32,775 nucleotides of DNA, taken from IMG/VR virus record IMGVR_UViG_3300047669_001912, positions 1 through 32,775 of that record. One strand, written 5' to 3'. The notes under the pieces are model-generated. The model was given only the letters and a program-made list of their open reading frames with translations. It had not been told where the DNA came from and searched no databases. This document shows positions 18,260 to 27,070 of this stretch, piece by piece; the stretch's first letter is position 1; every line of letters starts with the position of its first letter. This DNA comes from a virus (taxonomy: Duplodnaviria; Caudoviricetes). The translations under genes and the position numbers were made by a program.

Positions 18260-18976
18260 ATGGCAGCTGAAACACAAAAATTAGTTGATACCGAAAAAAA
18301 AGTAGTTTATAAATTTTATAGTAATGTGGCAGAGACAGATGTCAAGAAAGTAGATGTATCAACTCTTAATTGGGCTAAACATACTCTTACTTTATCCGCT
18401 GCATCGACAGAAAACTTTAAAGTTGGTGAAGTAATAACAACCGCCGCTACGGAACATTTTCTTGTTACTGGATTTACGGCTGGAGCATCTACTGTAGAAG
18501 TTGTTGGATGGGACAATACAAACAAAACAGCAACAACTATTCTAACTACTATGTCTAATGGAGATGCTATTGTTGGTGGTGTATCAGGAACACACACTGA
18601 AACCGTTTCAAATAGTGGAAATCTTACAGAATTAGATTACAATGTTTTAGTTACTAAAATACAATGGATGACAAACGGAGAAAACGTTAAGATTGAGTGG
18701 GACGGATCAAGTACAGAGGCTGTTGTTGCAAGTATTGGTGGTAATGGAGTTCTCAATTTACCATATCAAGAATTTCCAGGAATTGGAAGTAATGCAACCG
18801 GTGATACAGGTGGAGTTTTAGGTGATATTCAGTTTTCCACAGTTGGATTTGGTTCGGGTGATGATTATACGATTATAATGGAATGTAAAAAACAAGCACC
18901 AGGATATGACATTCCTCAATATGAACTAAATGCTAGTTTGGGATTCACTGTTGATTTTGTATTAGGTAATAGATAG
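18260..18976 (+). CDS. Putative virion/head-associated protein at the gp68 position
   Basis: Beta-rich. KKVDVSTL...KIQW....VKIEWDG...GDIQFST...YTIIMECKK pattern, interrupted by a T/G-rich insertion. Confidence 0.55.
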   Translation: MAAETQKLVDTEKKVVYKFYSNVAETDVKKVDVSTLNWAKHTLTLSAASTENFKVGEVITTAATEHFLVTGFTAGASTVEVVGWDNTNKTATTILTTMSNGDAIVGGVSGTHTETVSNSGNLTELDYNVLVTKIQWMTNGENVKIEWDGSSTEAVVASIGGNGVLNLPYQEFPGIGSNATGDTGGVLGDIQFSTVGFGSGDDYTIIMECKKQAPGYDIPQYELNASLGFTVDFVLGNR

Positions 18977-18985
18977 GAGAAAAAA

Positions 18986-19621
18986 ATGAGACTTATTTGC
19001 GAAACACTTGAAGATGTAGAATTTGTATGTGAATCCACTAGTACAGGTGGAAAGAATTACTTCATTGAAGGTGTATTTATGCAAGCCAATGTAAAGAATC
19101 GCAATGGCAGAATATATCCAAAAGATATATTACAAAAAGAAGCTAAGAGATATGAACAAAATTATATCAACCAAAACAGAGCGTTTGGTGAATTAGGACA
19201 CCCAGAAGGTCCTACTGTTAATCTTGAAAGAGTTTCCCATTTAATACAATCACTAAAAATGGAGGGGAACAATTTTATCGGTAAAGCAAAGGTTATGGAT
19301 ACTCCTTATGGGAAAATTGTAAAGAATTTAATTGATGAGGGTGCTCGTTTGGGCGTCTCATCTAGAGGAATGGGCTCGTTAAAGCCTGCAGGGCGTAATG
19401 TTAGTCAAGTACAAGATGATTTTTATCTTGCTACTGCTGCTGATATTGTCGCTGATCCTTCTGCACCAGCGGCTTTTGTCAATGGTATTATGGAAGGAAG
19501 AGAGTGGATATGGGATAATGGATTACTCGATGAGCGAGAAATTACCCGAATTAAACATGATATACAACATAAAAGTATTAATGAAGTTAAAGCTTTTGAA
19601 ACTTTTATGTCAAAGTTATGA
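18986..19621 (+). CDS. gp21: Prohead protease gp21
   Basis: NRNGRIYP; GELGHP; GVSSRGMGSL; DIVADPSAP. Confidence 0.96.
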   Translation: MRLICETLEDVEFVCESTSTGGKNYFIEGVFMQANVKNRNGRIYPKDILQKEAKRYEQNYINQNRAFGELGHPEGPTVNLERVSHLIQSLKMEGNNFIGKAKVMDTPYGKIVKNLIDEGARLGVSSRGMGSLKPAGRNVSQVQDDFYLATAADIVADPSAPAAFVNGIMEGREWIWDNGLLDEREITRIKHDIQHKSINEVKAFETFMSKL

Positions 19622-19625
19622 ATTT

Positions 19626-19633
19626 ACTAAATA
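19626..19633 (+). promoter_or_regulatory. Late promoter variant ACTAAATA
   Basis: Upstream of gp22; same variant at 22369 and 30911. Confidence 0.55.
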
Positions 19634-19682
19634 TAATTACAAACAACAATAAATGCATATAATTAAAGTACAGGAGATTTAA

Positions 19683-20981
19683 ATGTCTGAAGAATTAACA
19701 AACCAAGAGTCTGAAGAGATGACGGAGAAAGCACTTTTCGAAAAACGGAAGGTTGCTGCTGAGCAAGGTTCTTCAGATGGTGAAGAAGAAGATGAAGTAG
19801 AAGAAGGTACTTTACCTCCAGCTCTTCAAAAAGCCATTGACGCCAAGAAAAAAGGTAAAGGCGATGATGAAGAAGAAGTAGATGAAGAAGTTGATGGGGA
19901 AGAAGAAGACGAAGAAGAAGTTGAGGAATCTCAAGATTTCGGAGACCAAGGGCGTAAAGCTGATAAAAAAGCAAAATGGAAAAAAGGTGACGAAGGAAAA
20001 GAGAAAGAAATTAAAGTTGAAGCAGTATTACCTAAAACAAAAAATGGTATGCTTAAAGCTGTTTATGAAGTTCTTAATAAGTTGAAAAAGGATGAATTAT
20101 CAACGAAATACGAACAAATTCTAACTGCTGCATCTCTCATTGAGTCTGAAGACGAAGATGATGATGATGAAGAAGAATCAACTACAGAAGCAAAACGTAC
20201 TAAGGCCGCAGTAACTGCTGAAGACCTTACTATCGATGTTAAAGATGACGTTGCTGCATTGGTAGAAGGTGAAGATGGACTTACTGAAGCATTCAAATCA
20301 AAAGCCTCAGTTATCTTTGAAGCTGCAGTACAAGCAAAAGTTATCGAAGAAGTTAACAAAAAACTGACAGAACTTGAAAATGAGCATGTTACAGAGCAAA
20401 AGGTAGTTTCTGCTGATTTCCAAAAAGGTCTTACAGAAAAGGTTGATGGTTATCTTACTTATGTTGTAGAAGAATGGATGAAAGAAAATGAATTGGCAAT
20501 CGAAAGAGGAATTCGTTCCGAATTGGTTGAAGATTTCATGTCTGGACTCAAAACCCTCTTCTCAGAACATTACATCGACATTCCAGAAGAAAAAGTTGAC
20601 ATGGTTGACGACTTGTTCACAAAAGTTGATGACTTGGAAACTTCTTTGGATGAAGAGATTAATCGTGGAGTAGAACTTCAAAAAGAATTGGCAGAATTTC
20701 AAAAGAGTGATGTCTTAAAGTCTACAACCAATGATCTAGCTGATACCGATTCAGAGAAAATCGCAAAGTTAGCAGAAGGCATCGAATATGAAAATGCTGA
20801 ACAATATACAGAAAAATTAGCCGTCTTAAAGGAGAGTTATTTCCCTAAGACTAAATCTACCACATCTGAAATTAGTGAAACAGATGAAAACCTTCAAGTA
20901 TCTGAAGAACAGTCTCCAGTAAAGCTTGATGAGAATATGAGTAAATATACTTCAGCGATACGTCGCTACAACAACAATTAA
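19683..20981 (+). CDS. gp22: Prohead scaffolding protein gp22 with a long acidic N-terminal extension
   Basis: FKSKASVIFEAAV; KVDGYLTYVVEEWMKENELAIERGI; LKESYF. Confidence 0.92.
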   Translation: MSEELTNQESEEMTEKALFEKRKVAAEQGSSDGEEEDEVEEGTLPPALQKAIDAKKKGKGDDEEEVDEEVDGEEEDEEEVEESQDFGDQGRKADKKAKWKKGDEGKEKEIKVEAVLPKTKNGMLKAVYEVLNKLKKDELSTKYEQILTAASLIESEDEDDDDEEESTTEAKRTKAAVTAEDLTIDVKDDVAALVEGEDGLTEAFKSKASVIFEAAVQAKVIEEVNKKLTELENEHVTEQKVVSADFQKGLTEKVDGYLTYVVEEWMKENELAIERGIRSELVEDFMSGLKTLFSEHYIDIPEEKVDMVDDLFTKVDDLETSLDEEINRGVELQKELAEFQKSDVLKSTTNDLADTDSEKIAKLAEGIEYENAEQYTEKLAVLKESYFPKTKSTTSEISETDENLQVSEEQSPVKLDENMSKYTSAIRRYNNN

Positions 20982-21006
20982 TTTTTAATTCTTTTAGGAG
21001 AAAAAT

Positions 21007-22308
21007 ATGTATTTATCTGAAGACCTTCAGAAAAAATGGGGTCCGGTTCTTTCACACGAAGACCTTCCCCCAATTAAAGACAGCTATCGTCGCGCTGTTA
21101 CTGCAGTTCTTTTGGAAAACCAAGAGAAAGCAATGCGTGAACAACAGTCACAAGACGGTGGAATGTTTGGTAATATTCAAGAAGCCGCCCATGCAAACAA
21201 AATGGGTAGTTCTGAAGCTGGTACAGGTGGGATCGATTATGTTGATCCTGTTTTGATTTCACTAGTTCGTAGGGCAATGCCTAATCTTATTGCTTATGAT
21301 GTTTGTGGTGTTCAACCAATGAACGGTCCTACTGGATTGATTTTTTGTATGAAATCACACTACACTAGTCAAACTGGTGCAGAAGCTGGTCACGATGAAG
21401 CTGACACATCTTTTAGTGGAGCAGTAACACATTCTGCTAACAGTAACCCAGCAGATGCAAGTATGACTACTGGTACTAGTGTAACGACAGCAGTTCAAGA
21501 AGCTGATGTTACTATTCCAGAGATGGCGTTTGCAATTGACAAAGTAACAGTAACCGCTGGATCACGTGCACTCAAAGCTGAGTACACAATGGAATTGGCT
21601 CAGGATCTTAAAGCCGTTCACGGTTTGGATGCTGAAACTGAATTGTCAAATATTCTTTCCGGAGAAATTTTGGCTGAGATCAATCGTGAAGTTATGAGAA
21701 CCATTTACACAAACTCTAAGCCTGGTGCACAACACAATGTTGCAACAGCTGGTACTTTTGATCTTGATACTGATTCTAACGGACGTTGGTCAGTTGAAAA
21801 ATTCAAAGGCTTGATGTTCCAAATTGAACGTGAAGCAAATGCAATTGCTAAAGACACACGAAGAGGAAAAGGTAATATTCTTATTACTTCTTCAGACGTT
21901 GCTTCAGCATTAGCAATGGCGGGACAACTATCTGGTGTTCCAACTGGAAATGATATTCACGGTGATGATACTGGTGCCACAATGGTCGGTACTCTTAATG
22001 GTCGATACAAAGTTTTTGTTGATCCTTATGCTCCTACTTCTGCAACTAACTTCTTCACTGTTGGTTACAAAGGTTCATCTGCATATGACGCAGGACTTTT
22101 CTATTGTCCTTACGTTCCTTTGCAAATGGTTCGTGCAGTTGGTGAGAACTCTTTCCAACCAAAGATTGGTTTCAAGACTCGTTATGGTCTAGTTTCTAAT
22201 CCTTTTGCCAATGACACAGGTGCCTCTGGTAACGGTGTTGGTGACGGTTCACTTACAGCTAACCTTAACAGGTACTATCGCCACGTTATCGTAGCAAACT
22301 TGATGTAA
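21007..22308 (+). CDS. gp23: Major capsid protein gp23
   Basis: LLENQE; LVRRAMPNLIAYDVCGVQPM; LAQDLKAVHGLDAE; FQPKIGFKTRYG; likely gp21 cleavage at IQE/AA. Confidence 0.98.
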   Translation: MYLSEDLQKKWGPVLSHEDLPPIKDSYRRAVTAVLLENQEKAMREQQSQDGGMFGNIQEAAHANKMGSSEAGTGGIDYVDPVLISLVRRAMPNLIAYDVCGVQPMNGPTGLIFCMKSHYTSQTGAEAGHDEADTSFSGAVTHSANSNPADASMTTGTSVTTAVQEADVTIPEMAFAIDKVTVTAGSRALKAEYTMELAQDLKAVHGLDAETELSNILSGEILAEINREVMRTIYTNSKPGAQHNVATAGTFDLDTDSNGRWSVEKFKGLMFQIEREANAIAKDTRRGKGNILITSSDVASALAMAGQLSGVPTGNDIHGDDTGATMVGTLNGRYKVFVDPYAPTSATNFFTVGYKGSSAYDAGLFYCPYVPLQMVRAVGENSFQPKIGFKTRYGLVSNPFANDTGASGNGVGDGSLTANLNRYYRHVIVANLM

Positions 22309-22330
22309 TCCTTTTTTAAGGAATACAGAG

Positions 22331-22362
22331 AAAGGGGTGGGCTTTTGTCTACCCCTTTTTTT
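22331..22362 (+). terminator. Rho-independent terminator after gp23
   Basis: AAAGGGGTGGGC-TTTT-GTCTACCCCTTT stem (with G-U pairs) running into a T7 tract. Confidence 0.9.
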
Positions 22363-22368
22363 ACGCCT

Positions 22369-22376
22369 ACTAAATA
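22369..22376 (+). promoter_or_regulatory. Late promoter variant ACTAAATA for gp3
   Basis: Immediately after the terminator and upstream of a late gene. Confidence 0.6.
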
Positions 22377-22407
22377 GTAGAGAACACTATAACATCTAAA
22401 AGGATAT

Positions 22408-22875
22408 ATGGCATTAAGTACACAACCAGAAAACATAAATCCCTTAACCGAAGTACAATTTAAATTTGAACTTCAGGCTTTGCCTAAGACTACATTTTTT
22501 GTTCAAACGGTTAATTTACCTGGAATAACAATGTCTGGAATGCCTTATGGTCTCCCACAAAGAGAAGGACTTATGTTGCCAGGTGGTTCAGTAGAATATG
22601 AACAACTAATTGTAGGATTTCTTGTTGATGAATATTTAAAAAATTGGCAAGAAGTATTTACATGGATAACTGGTAAACCTGAATATACAGATGGTGTATT
22701 AACTATATTAAGTAGTTCAATGAATCCTACATTAGAGATTCATTTTGCAAATATGTTCCCTACTAATTTAGCAGAAATACAATTTGATACTACAGTAATG
22801 GAAACAACAAATTTAATAACCAACATTACTTTTGCTTATAGTGAATATACTGTTAAGAATCTATTAAATAATTAA
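22408..22875 (+). CDS. gp3: Tail tube terminator/completion protein gp3
   Basis: FFVQTVNLPGI; YEQL.V.FLVDEYLKNW; LTILSS..NP; FPTNL. Confidence 0.88.
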   Translation: MALSTQPENINPLTEVQFKFELQALPKTTFFVQTVNLPGITMSGMPYGLPQREGLMLPGGSVEYEQLIVGFLVDEYLKNWQEVFTWITGKPEYTDGVLTILSSSMNPTLEIHFANMFPTNLAEIQFDTTVMETTNLITNITFAYSEYTVKNLLNN

Positions 22876-22884
22876 TAATAAATT

Positions 22885-23319
22885 ATGAAATTTGAAGAAA
22901 TACAAAAATTATGGTCAAGTGATTGTAATATTGATGAAACTGAATTATCTCAAGAAGCAGTAAAAATTCCCCAATTACATAACAAGTATTTAATACTATA
23001 TTCCAATGAAAAATTAAAATTCAAGGATATGAGCTTTATATTTACTAGTCTCCGTAGAAGAAAAAGAGATTATTATAGTGGAAGAATGACTGAAGAAGAA
23101 TTAGAAGCTGTGGATTGGGAACCATTTCAATTCAAATTACTCAAAGTAGACATACAAGAATATATAGATTCAGATGAGAATGTAATAGAATCTAAAAAAT
23201 TACTTGCAGTACAAGAAGAAAAAGTGAATTATTTAGAAGCTATAGTTCGAAGTCTTACCAATAGGGGGTATTTAATTAAAAATGCAATTGACTGGAAACG
23301 TTTTACAGCAGGGAATTGA
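22885..23319 (+). CDS. uvsY: Recombination mediator UvsY
   Basis: KIPQLHNKYL; YYSG; RGYLIKNAIDWKRF. Confidence 0.92.
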   Translation: MKFEEIQKLWSSDCNIDETELSQEAVKIPQLHNKYLILYSNEKLKFKDMSFIFTSLRRRKRDYYSGRMTEEELEAVDWEPFQFKLLKVDIQEYIDSDENVIESKKLLAVQEEKVNYLEAIVRSLTNRGYLIKNAIDWKRFTAGN

Positions 23320-24757
23320 GGATATTAGTATATCTAAGCATGATGAGGTATACTTAAAAATCCATTGTGAACCATCTGTTGCTCAAGAACTATGTGATTA
23401 TTTTACGTTCTTTGTTCCTGGATATACGTTTATGCCCTCATATCGTAATAAAATTTGGGATGGTAAAATACGGCTATTCAATATTCACACTAGATATCTC
23501 TATAGTGGTCTTCTTGAATATGTTTTTATATTCGCTGACAAAAGAAACTATAAGATAATTCCTGATGGGGATTGGTGGAAACCTCTCAAAATAGAAAAAA
23601 ATCAAAACTTTATTGATAGTCTCAATCTACCATTTGTTCCTAGAGATTACCAACTAGAGGCGTTTCATCATGCTCTGTCATACCAAAAAGCATTATTAGT
23701 TTCTCCTACCGCAAGTGGAAAATCTTTAATAATCTATCTAATTGTACGAGCATTGAATGTTAAGACTTTAATAATCGTTCCTACCACATCATTAGTATCT
23801 CAATTATATACAGATTTTCAACAATACGGATGGGATTCTGCAAAATTTTGCCATCAAGTTTATGCGGGTCAAGATAAGATATCAGAAAAGAAAGTTGTTA
23901 TTTCTACATGGCAATCCATTTATAAACTCCAAAAGAAAAGTTTTGAACCATACGAATTAGTAATTGGAGATGAAGCTCATGGATTCAAATCAAAATCTCT
24001 TACATCTATTATGACTAAATGTGTAAATGCTAGACATCGAATTGGTACAACAGGAACCTTAGATGGGACACAGACACATAAATTAGTATTGGAAGGTCTA
24101 TTTGGTAAGGTTTATAAGGTTACAACAACTAAAAAATTAATTGATAGGAAACAATTAGCAGAATTCCGTATAAGTATTATAATATTAAAATATCCTGAAG
24201 AAATATGTCAGGCAATGAGAAGAACTAAGTATATGGAAGAGATAGAGTTTTTAGTAGGAGACGTTAAAAGAAATAAATATATAAAGAATTTGGTATTATC
24301 CTTAAAGGGTAATACGTTACTTCTCTTTAGATTAGTAAAAAAACATGGACGTATTTTATATGATATGATAAAGGATGAAGCAGATGATAATAGAAAAACT
24401 TTTTTTGTTCACGGTGGAACAGATACAGATACAAGAGAGCAAATACGAGCAATTGCCGAAACAGAACATGACGCGATCATCGTGGCTAGTTATGGGGTAT
24501 TCAGTACCGGCATCAACATTAGGAATTTGCATAACATTATTTTCGCTAGTCCTTCTAAGTCTAGGGTCAGAAATCTACAATCGATAGGTAGAGGACTAAG
24601 GATATCAGAAAATAACCAAGAAACCGTTTTATATGATATTAGCGATGATTTCTGTGCAGGAGCTAGAAAGAATTTTGCTTATCAACATTTTGAAGAAAGA
24701 CTTAAAATATATGAAGAAGAGAAGTTTCCTTATAAGATTTTTAACGTTTCTCTTTAA
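23282..24757 (+). CDS. uvsW: SF2 helicase UvsW (start uncertain)
   Basis: WDGKIRLF; PRDYQ; SPTASGKS; DEAH; QSIGRGLR. Confidence 0.95.
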   Translation: MQLTGNVLQQGIEDISISKHDEVYLKIHCEPSVAQELCDYFTFFVPGYTFMPSYRNKIWDGKIRLFNIHTRYLYSGLLEYVFIFADKRNYKIIPDGDWWKPLKIEKNQNFIDSLNLPFVPRDYQLEAFHHALSYQKALLVSPTASGKSLIIYLIVRALNVKTLIIVPTTSLVSQLYTDFQQYGWDSAKFCHQVYAGQDKISEKKVVISTWQSIYKLQKKSFEPYELVIGDEAHGFKSKSLTSIMTKCVNARHRIGTTGTLDGTQTHKLVLEGLFGKVYKVTTTKKLIDRKQLAEFRISIIILKYPEEICQAMRRTKYMEEIEFLVGDVKRNKYIKNLVLSLKGNTLLLFRLVKKHGRILYDMIKDEADDNRKTFFVHGGTDTDTREQIRAIAETEHDAIIVASYGVFSTGINIRNLHNIIFASPSKSRVRNLQSIGRGLRISENNQETVLYDISDDFCAGARKNFAYQHFEERLKIYEEEKFPYKIFNVSL

Positions 24758-24792
24758 TTTGCTTTTGTTAATGTTTCCGCCCCAACAGGCTT

Positions 24793-24820
24793 ATTATATC
24801 ACCCTTTTACCATTTGTCAA
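24793..24820 (-). promoter_or_regulatory. Sigma70-type promoter on the minus strand, pointing into uvsW
   Basis: Reverse complement reads TTGACA-16 nt-TATAAT with extended -10 (TGATATAAT). Confidence 0.6.
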
Positions 24821-24823
24821 GCC

Positions 24824-24851
24824 TTGACTTATTAGAATTCCATGATATAAT
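24824..24851 (+). promoter_or_regulatory. Sigma70-type early/middle promoter for gene 55
   Basis: TTGACT-16 nt-TATAAT with extended -10 TG (TGATATAAT). Confidence 0.8.
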
Positions 24852-24892
24852 GAATTATAGATTAAAAACAATCATTTATTGGAGTATATTAT

Positions 24893-25462
24893 ATGGCAAA
24901 GCGAAAAAAAGTCGCCAAGGCGCATTATGTAGATAATGCACAATTTTTAGAAGCGATGATAGAGTATAAAAAGGAACTCTTAATTACAACTGAAAACAAT
25001 GAACTTCCACCACAAATTTCAGAATATTTAGGATCTGTATTTCTAAAAATAGCTCAAAGATTATCTTTCAGGCCAAACTTTATAAATTATACCTTTAAAA
25101 ATGATATGATTTCTGATGGGATAGAAAACTGTTTACATTATATCCATAATTTTAATCCAGAAAAATCAAAGAATCCTTTTGCTTATTTTACACAAATCAT
25201 CTTTTATGCCTTTATACGAAGAATTCAAAAAGAGAAAAAGCAATTATATATAAAATATAAAAGTATGCAGAATTATGAGATTTCTCCTGATTATATGGAC
25301 TACATGGGGGTGGAAGATGGTGCACCCGTAGGAGATTATAGCAAGTCAGATTTTAAAACAATGGTTGATACTTTTGTAGATAATTTTGAACAAAGTAAAA
25401 AGAAAAAAGCTGTTAAGAAAGATGTTTCTAATTTAGAACTTTTTATGAGAGTTTCTGCATGA
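24893..25462 (+). CDS. gp55: Late transcription sigma factor gp55
   Basis: HYVDN; RPNFINYT; DMISDGIENC; NPFAYFTQI; RRIQKEKKQ. Confidence 0.96.
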   Translation: MAKRKKVAKAHYVDNAQFLEAMIEYKKELLITTENNELPPQISEYLGSVFLKIAQRLSFRPNFINYTFKNDMISDGIENCLHYIHNFNPEKSKNPFAYFTQIIFYAFIRRIQKEKKQLYIKYKSMQNYEISPDYMDYMGVEDGAPVGDYSKSDFKTMVDTFVDNFEQSKKKKAVKKDVSNLELFMRVSA

Positions 25463-26529
25463 AGATAGCCCTTATAACAGACACACACTGGGGTGCGCGT
25501 GGTGATAGTCCTATTTTTCAAAACTATTTTAAAAAGTTTTATGATAATGTTTTCTTTCCTTATCTTGAAGAGCATAATATTAAGACTTGTATCCATCTTG
25601 GTGATGTCGTAGATAGACGAAAATTTATAAACTTCAAGACATTAAGTGATCTACGAACAAATTTTGTTGAGCGATTATGGAAAATGGGTGTAGATACACA
25701 TATAATAATTGGAAACCATGATACGTTCTTCAAAAATACTAATGAATTGAATTCTATCGAAGAAATTTTCACAACTACTGAAGGTGAGGTAGAGCCGTGG
25801 ATATATTCTTCCCCCAAGGAAGTTGATTTTGGTGGACTTGGTATATTAATGATGCCGTGGATAAATGAAGGTAACTACGGAGAGTGTATGAAGATGATTC
25901 AAAACACTAGTTGTCAAATTTTGATGGGACACTTAGAAGTTCAAGGATTTATAATGCAAGTAGGTCAAACAAATTTTGAAGGGCTTAAGGCATCTATATT
26001 TGAAAAGTTTGATATGGTAATGAGTGGACATTTTCATCACAAATCAGATAATGGAACAGTTTATTATCTTGGTAATCCGTATGAAATAACATGGAGTGAT
26101 TATAAAGACCCTAGAGGGTTCCACATCTTTGATACAGAGACAAGAGAGTTAGAGAGGATAGAAAACCCCTATAGAATGTTTAGAAAGTATTATTATGATG
26201 ACAGTGATACTACTCTGGAAGAGCTAACCAATATGGATTATAGTGAATATGAAAATACGTATGTAAAGGTTATAATACAAAAAAAGTCGAATCCCTTTTG
26301 GTTTGATACCGTTCTAGATAAATTTTATGCGGTAGATGTAGCAAATTTGGTAGTAGTTGAAGATTTTTCAGATTTATATACAGAAGAAGATGAGAATATT
26401 GATGAAGCTCAAGATACCTTAACTATTTTGAGTAAATATGTTGATACATTAAATGTAGATAACAAAACAGGATTGAATACATTAATGAGAAATTTATATA
26501 ATGAAGCATTAACTGTGGAGACAATATAA
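25459..26529 (+). CDS. gp47: Recombination endonuclease gp47 (Mre11/SbcD-like)
   Basis: DTHWG; GDVVDRR; GNHD; GHFH. Confidence 0.95.
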   Translation: MKIALITDTHWGARGDSPIFQNYFKKFYDNVFFPYLEEHNIKTCIHLGDVVDRRKFINFKTLSDLRTNFVERLWKMGVDTHIIIGNHDTFFKNTNELNSIEEIFTTTEGEVEPWIYSSPKEVDFGGLGILMMPWINEGNYGECMKMIQNTSCQILMGHLEVQGFIMQVGQTNFEGLKASIFEKFDMVMSGHFHHKSDNGTVYYLGNPYEITWSDYKDPRGFHIFDTETRELERIENPYRMFRKYYYDDSDTTLEELTNMDYSEYENTYVKVIIQKKSNPFWFDTVLDKFYAVDVANLVVVEDFSDLYTEEDENIDEAQDTLTILSKYVDTLNVDNKTGLNTLMRNLYNEALTVETI

Positions 26530-26531
26530 CG

Positions 26532-26885
26532 ATGGAAACCTATGCAGAACTATTAAACAAAAAGGAGAAAGAAGCTATGAGCAATTATGATATGGACGAG
26601 ATAGAGAGGCAGAAGGAAAGAGAACGAAAAAGTAGGGGGATCAGATCAATTGAAAAGGTTAGGTCAGTAGTTGAAATTGGTAAAGATGAAACACCCCACA
26701 CCTCAGTTGATATAGAGATTTCAGATGATAATTTTAGAAAAGTTGCTTTTCAGGCACATGAAAGAGATATTACTTTTAATAAGATGGTGGGACTCATATT
26801 GAAAGATGGGTTACAATTACACGCCCGTTCTTCAGAATATAGATTTGAACATGAACCAAAGCCTCAGTTATTAAAAGAATATTGA
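26532..26885 (+). CDS. Hypothetical protein with a possible ribbon-helix-helix domain
   Basis: VDIEISDDNFRKVAFQAHERDITFNKMVGLIL pattern; alternative start at 26577 with an AAGGAG SD. Confidence 0.5.
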   Translation: METYAELLNKKEKEAMSNYDMDEIERQKERERKSRGIRSIEKVRSVVEIGKDETPHTSVDIEISDDNFRKVAFQAHERDITFNKMVGLILKDGLQLHARSSEYRFEHEPKPQLLKEY

Positions 26886-27070
26886 TGGAAGATCTAAACC
26901 TGTACTTCAAGGATGTAAAAGAACGTATAATATCATTAGAAGAAGCTCAGGAAAGGTGTTCCTTACCTATGATTGATAAGAAATACAATATCGAAAAAGC
27001 TAAGCTAGAATTGATTAAATCTACTATAGTATTTTGTAATTATTTAGAAGAGAGTAAAATTAAGTTTTGA
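26882..27070 (+). CDS. Hypothetical protein (62 aa)
   Basis: Fills the gap and overlaps both neighbours. Confidence 0.5.
   Translation: MMEDLNLYFKDVKERIISLEEAQERCSLPMIDKKYNIEKAKLELIKSTIVFCNYLEESKIKF

Noticed and set aside
19780-19925. GAAGAAGAAGATGAAG repeats as a CRISPR or satellite array
   Set aside because: These are codons for E/D tracts in gp22, with no repeat-spacer periodicity
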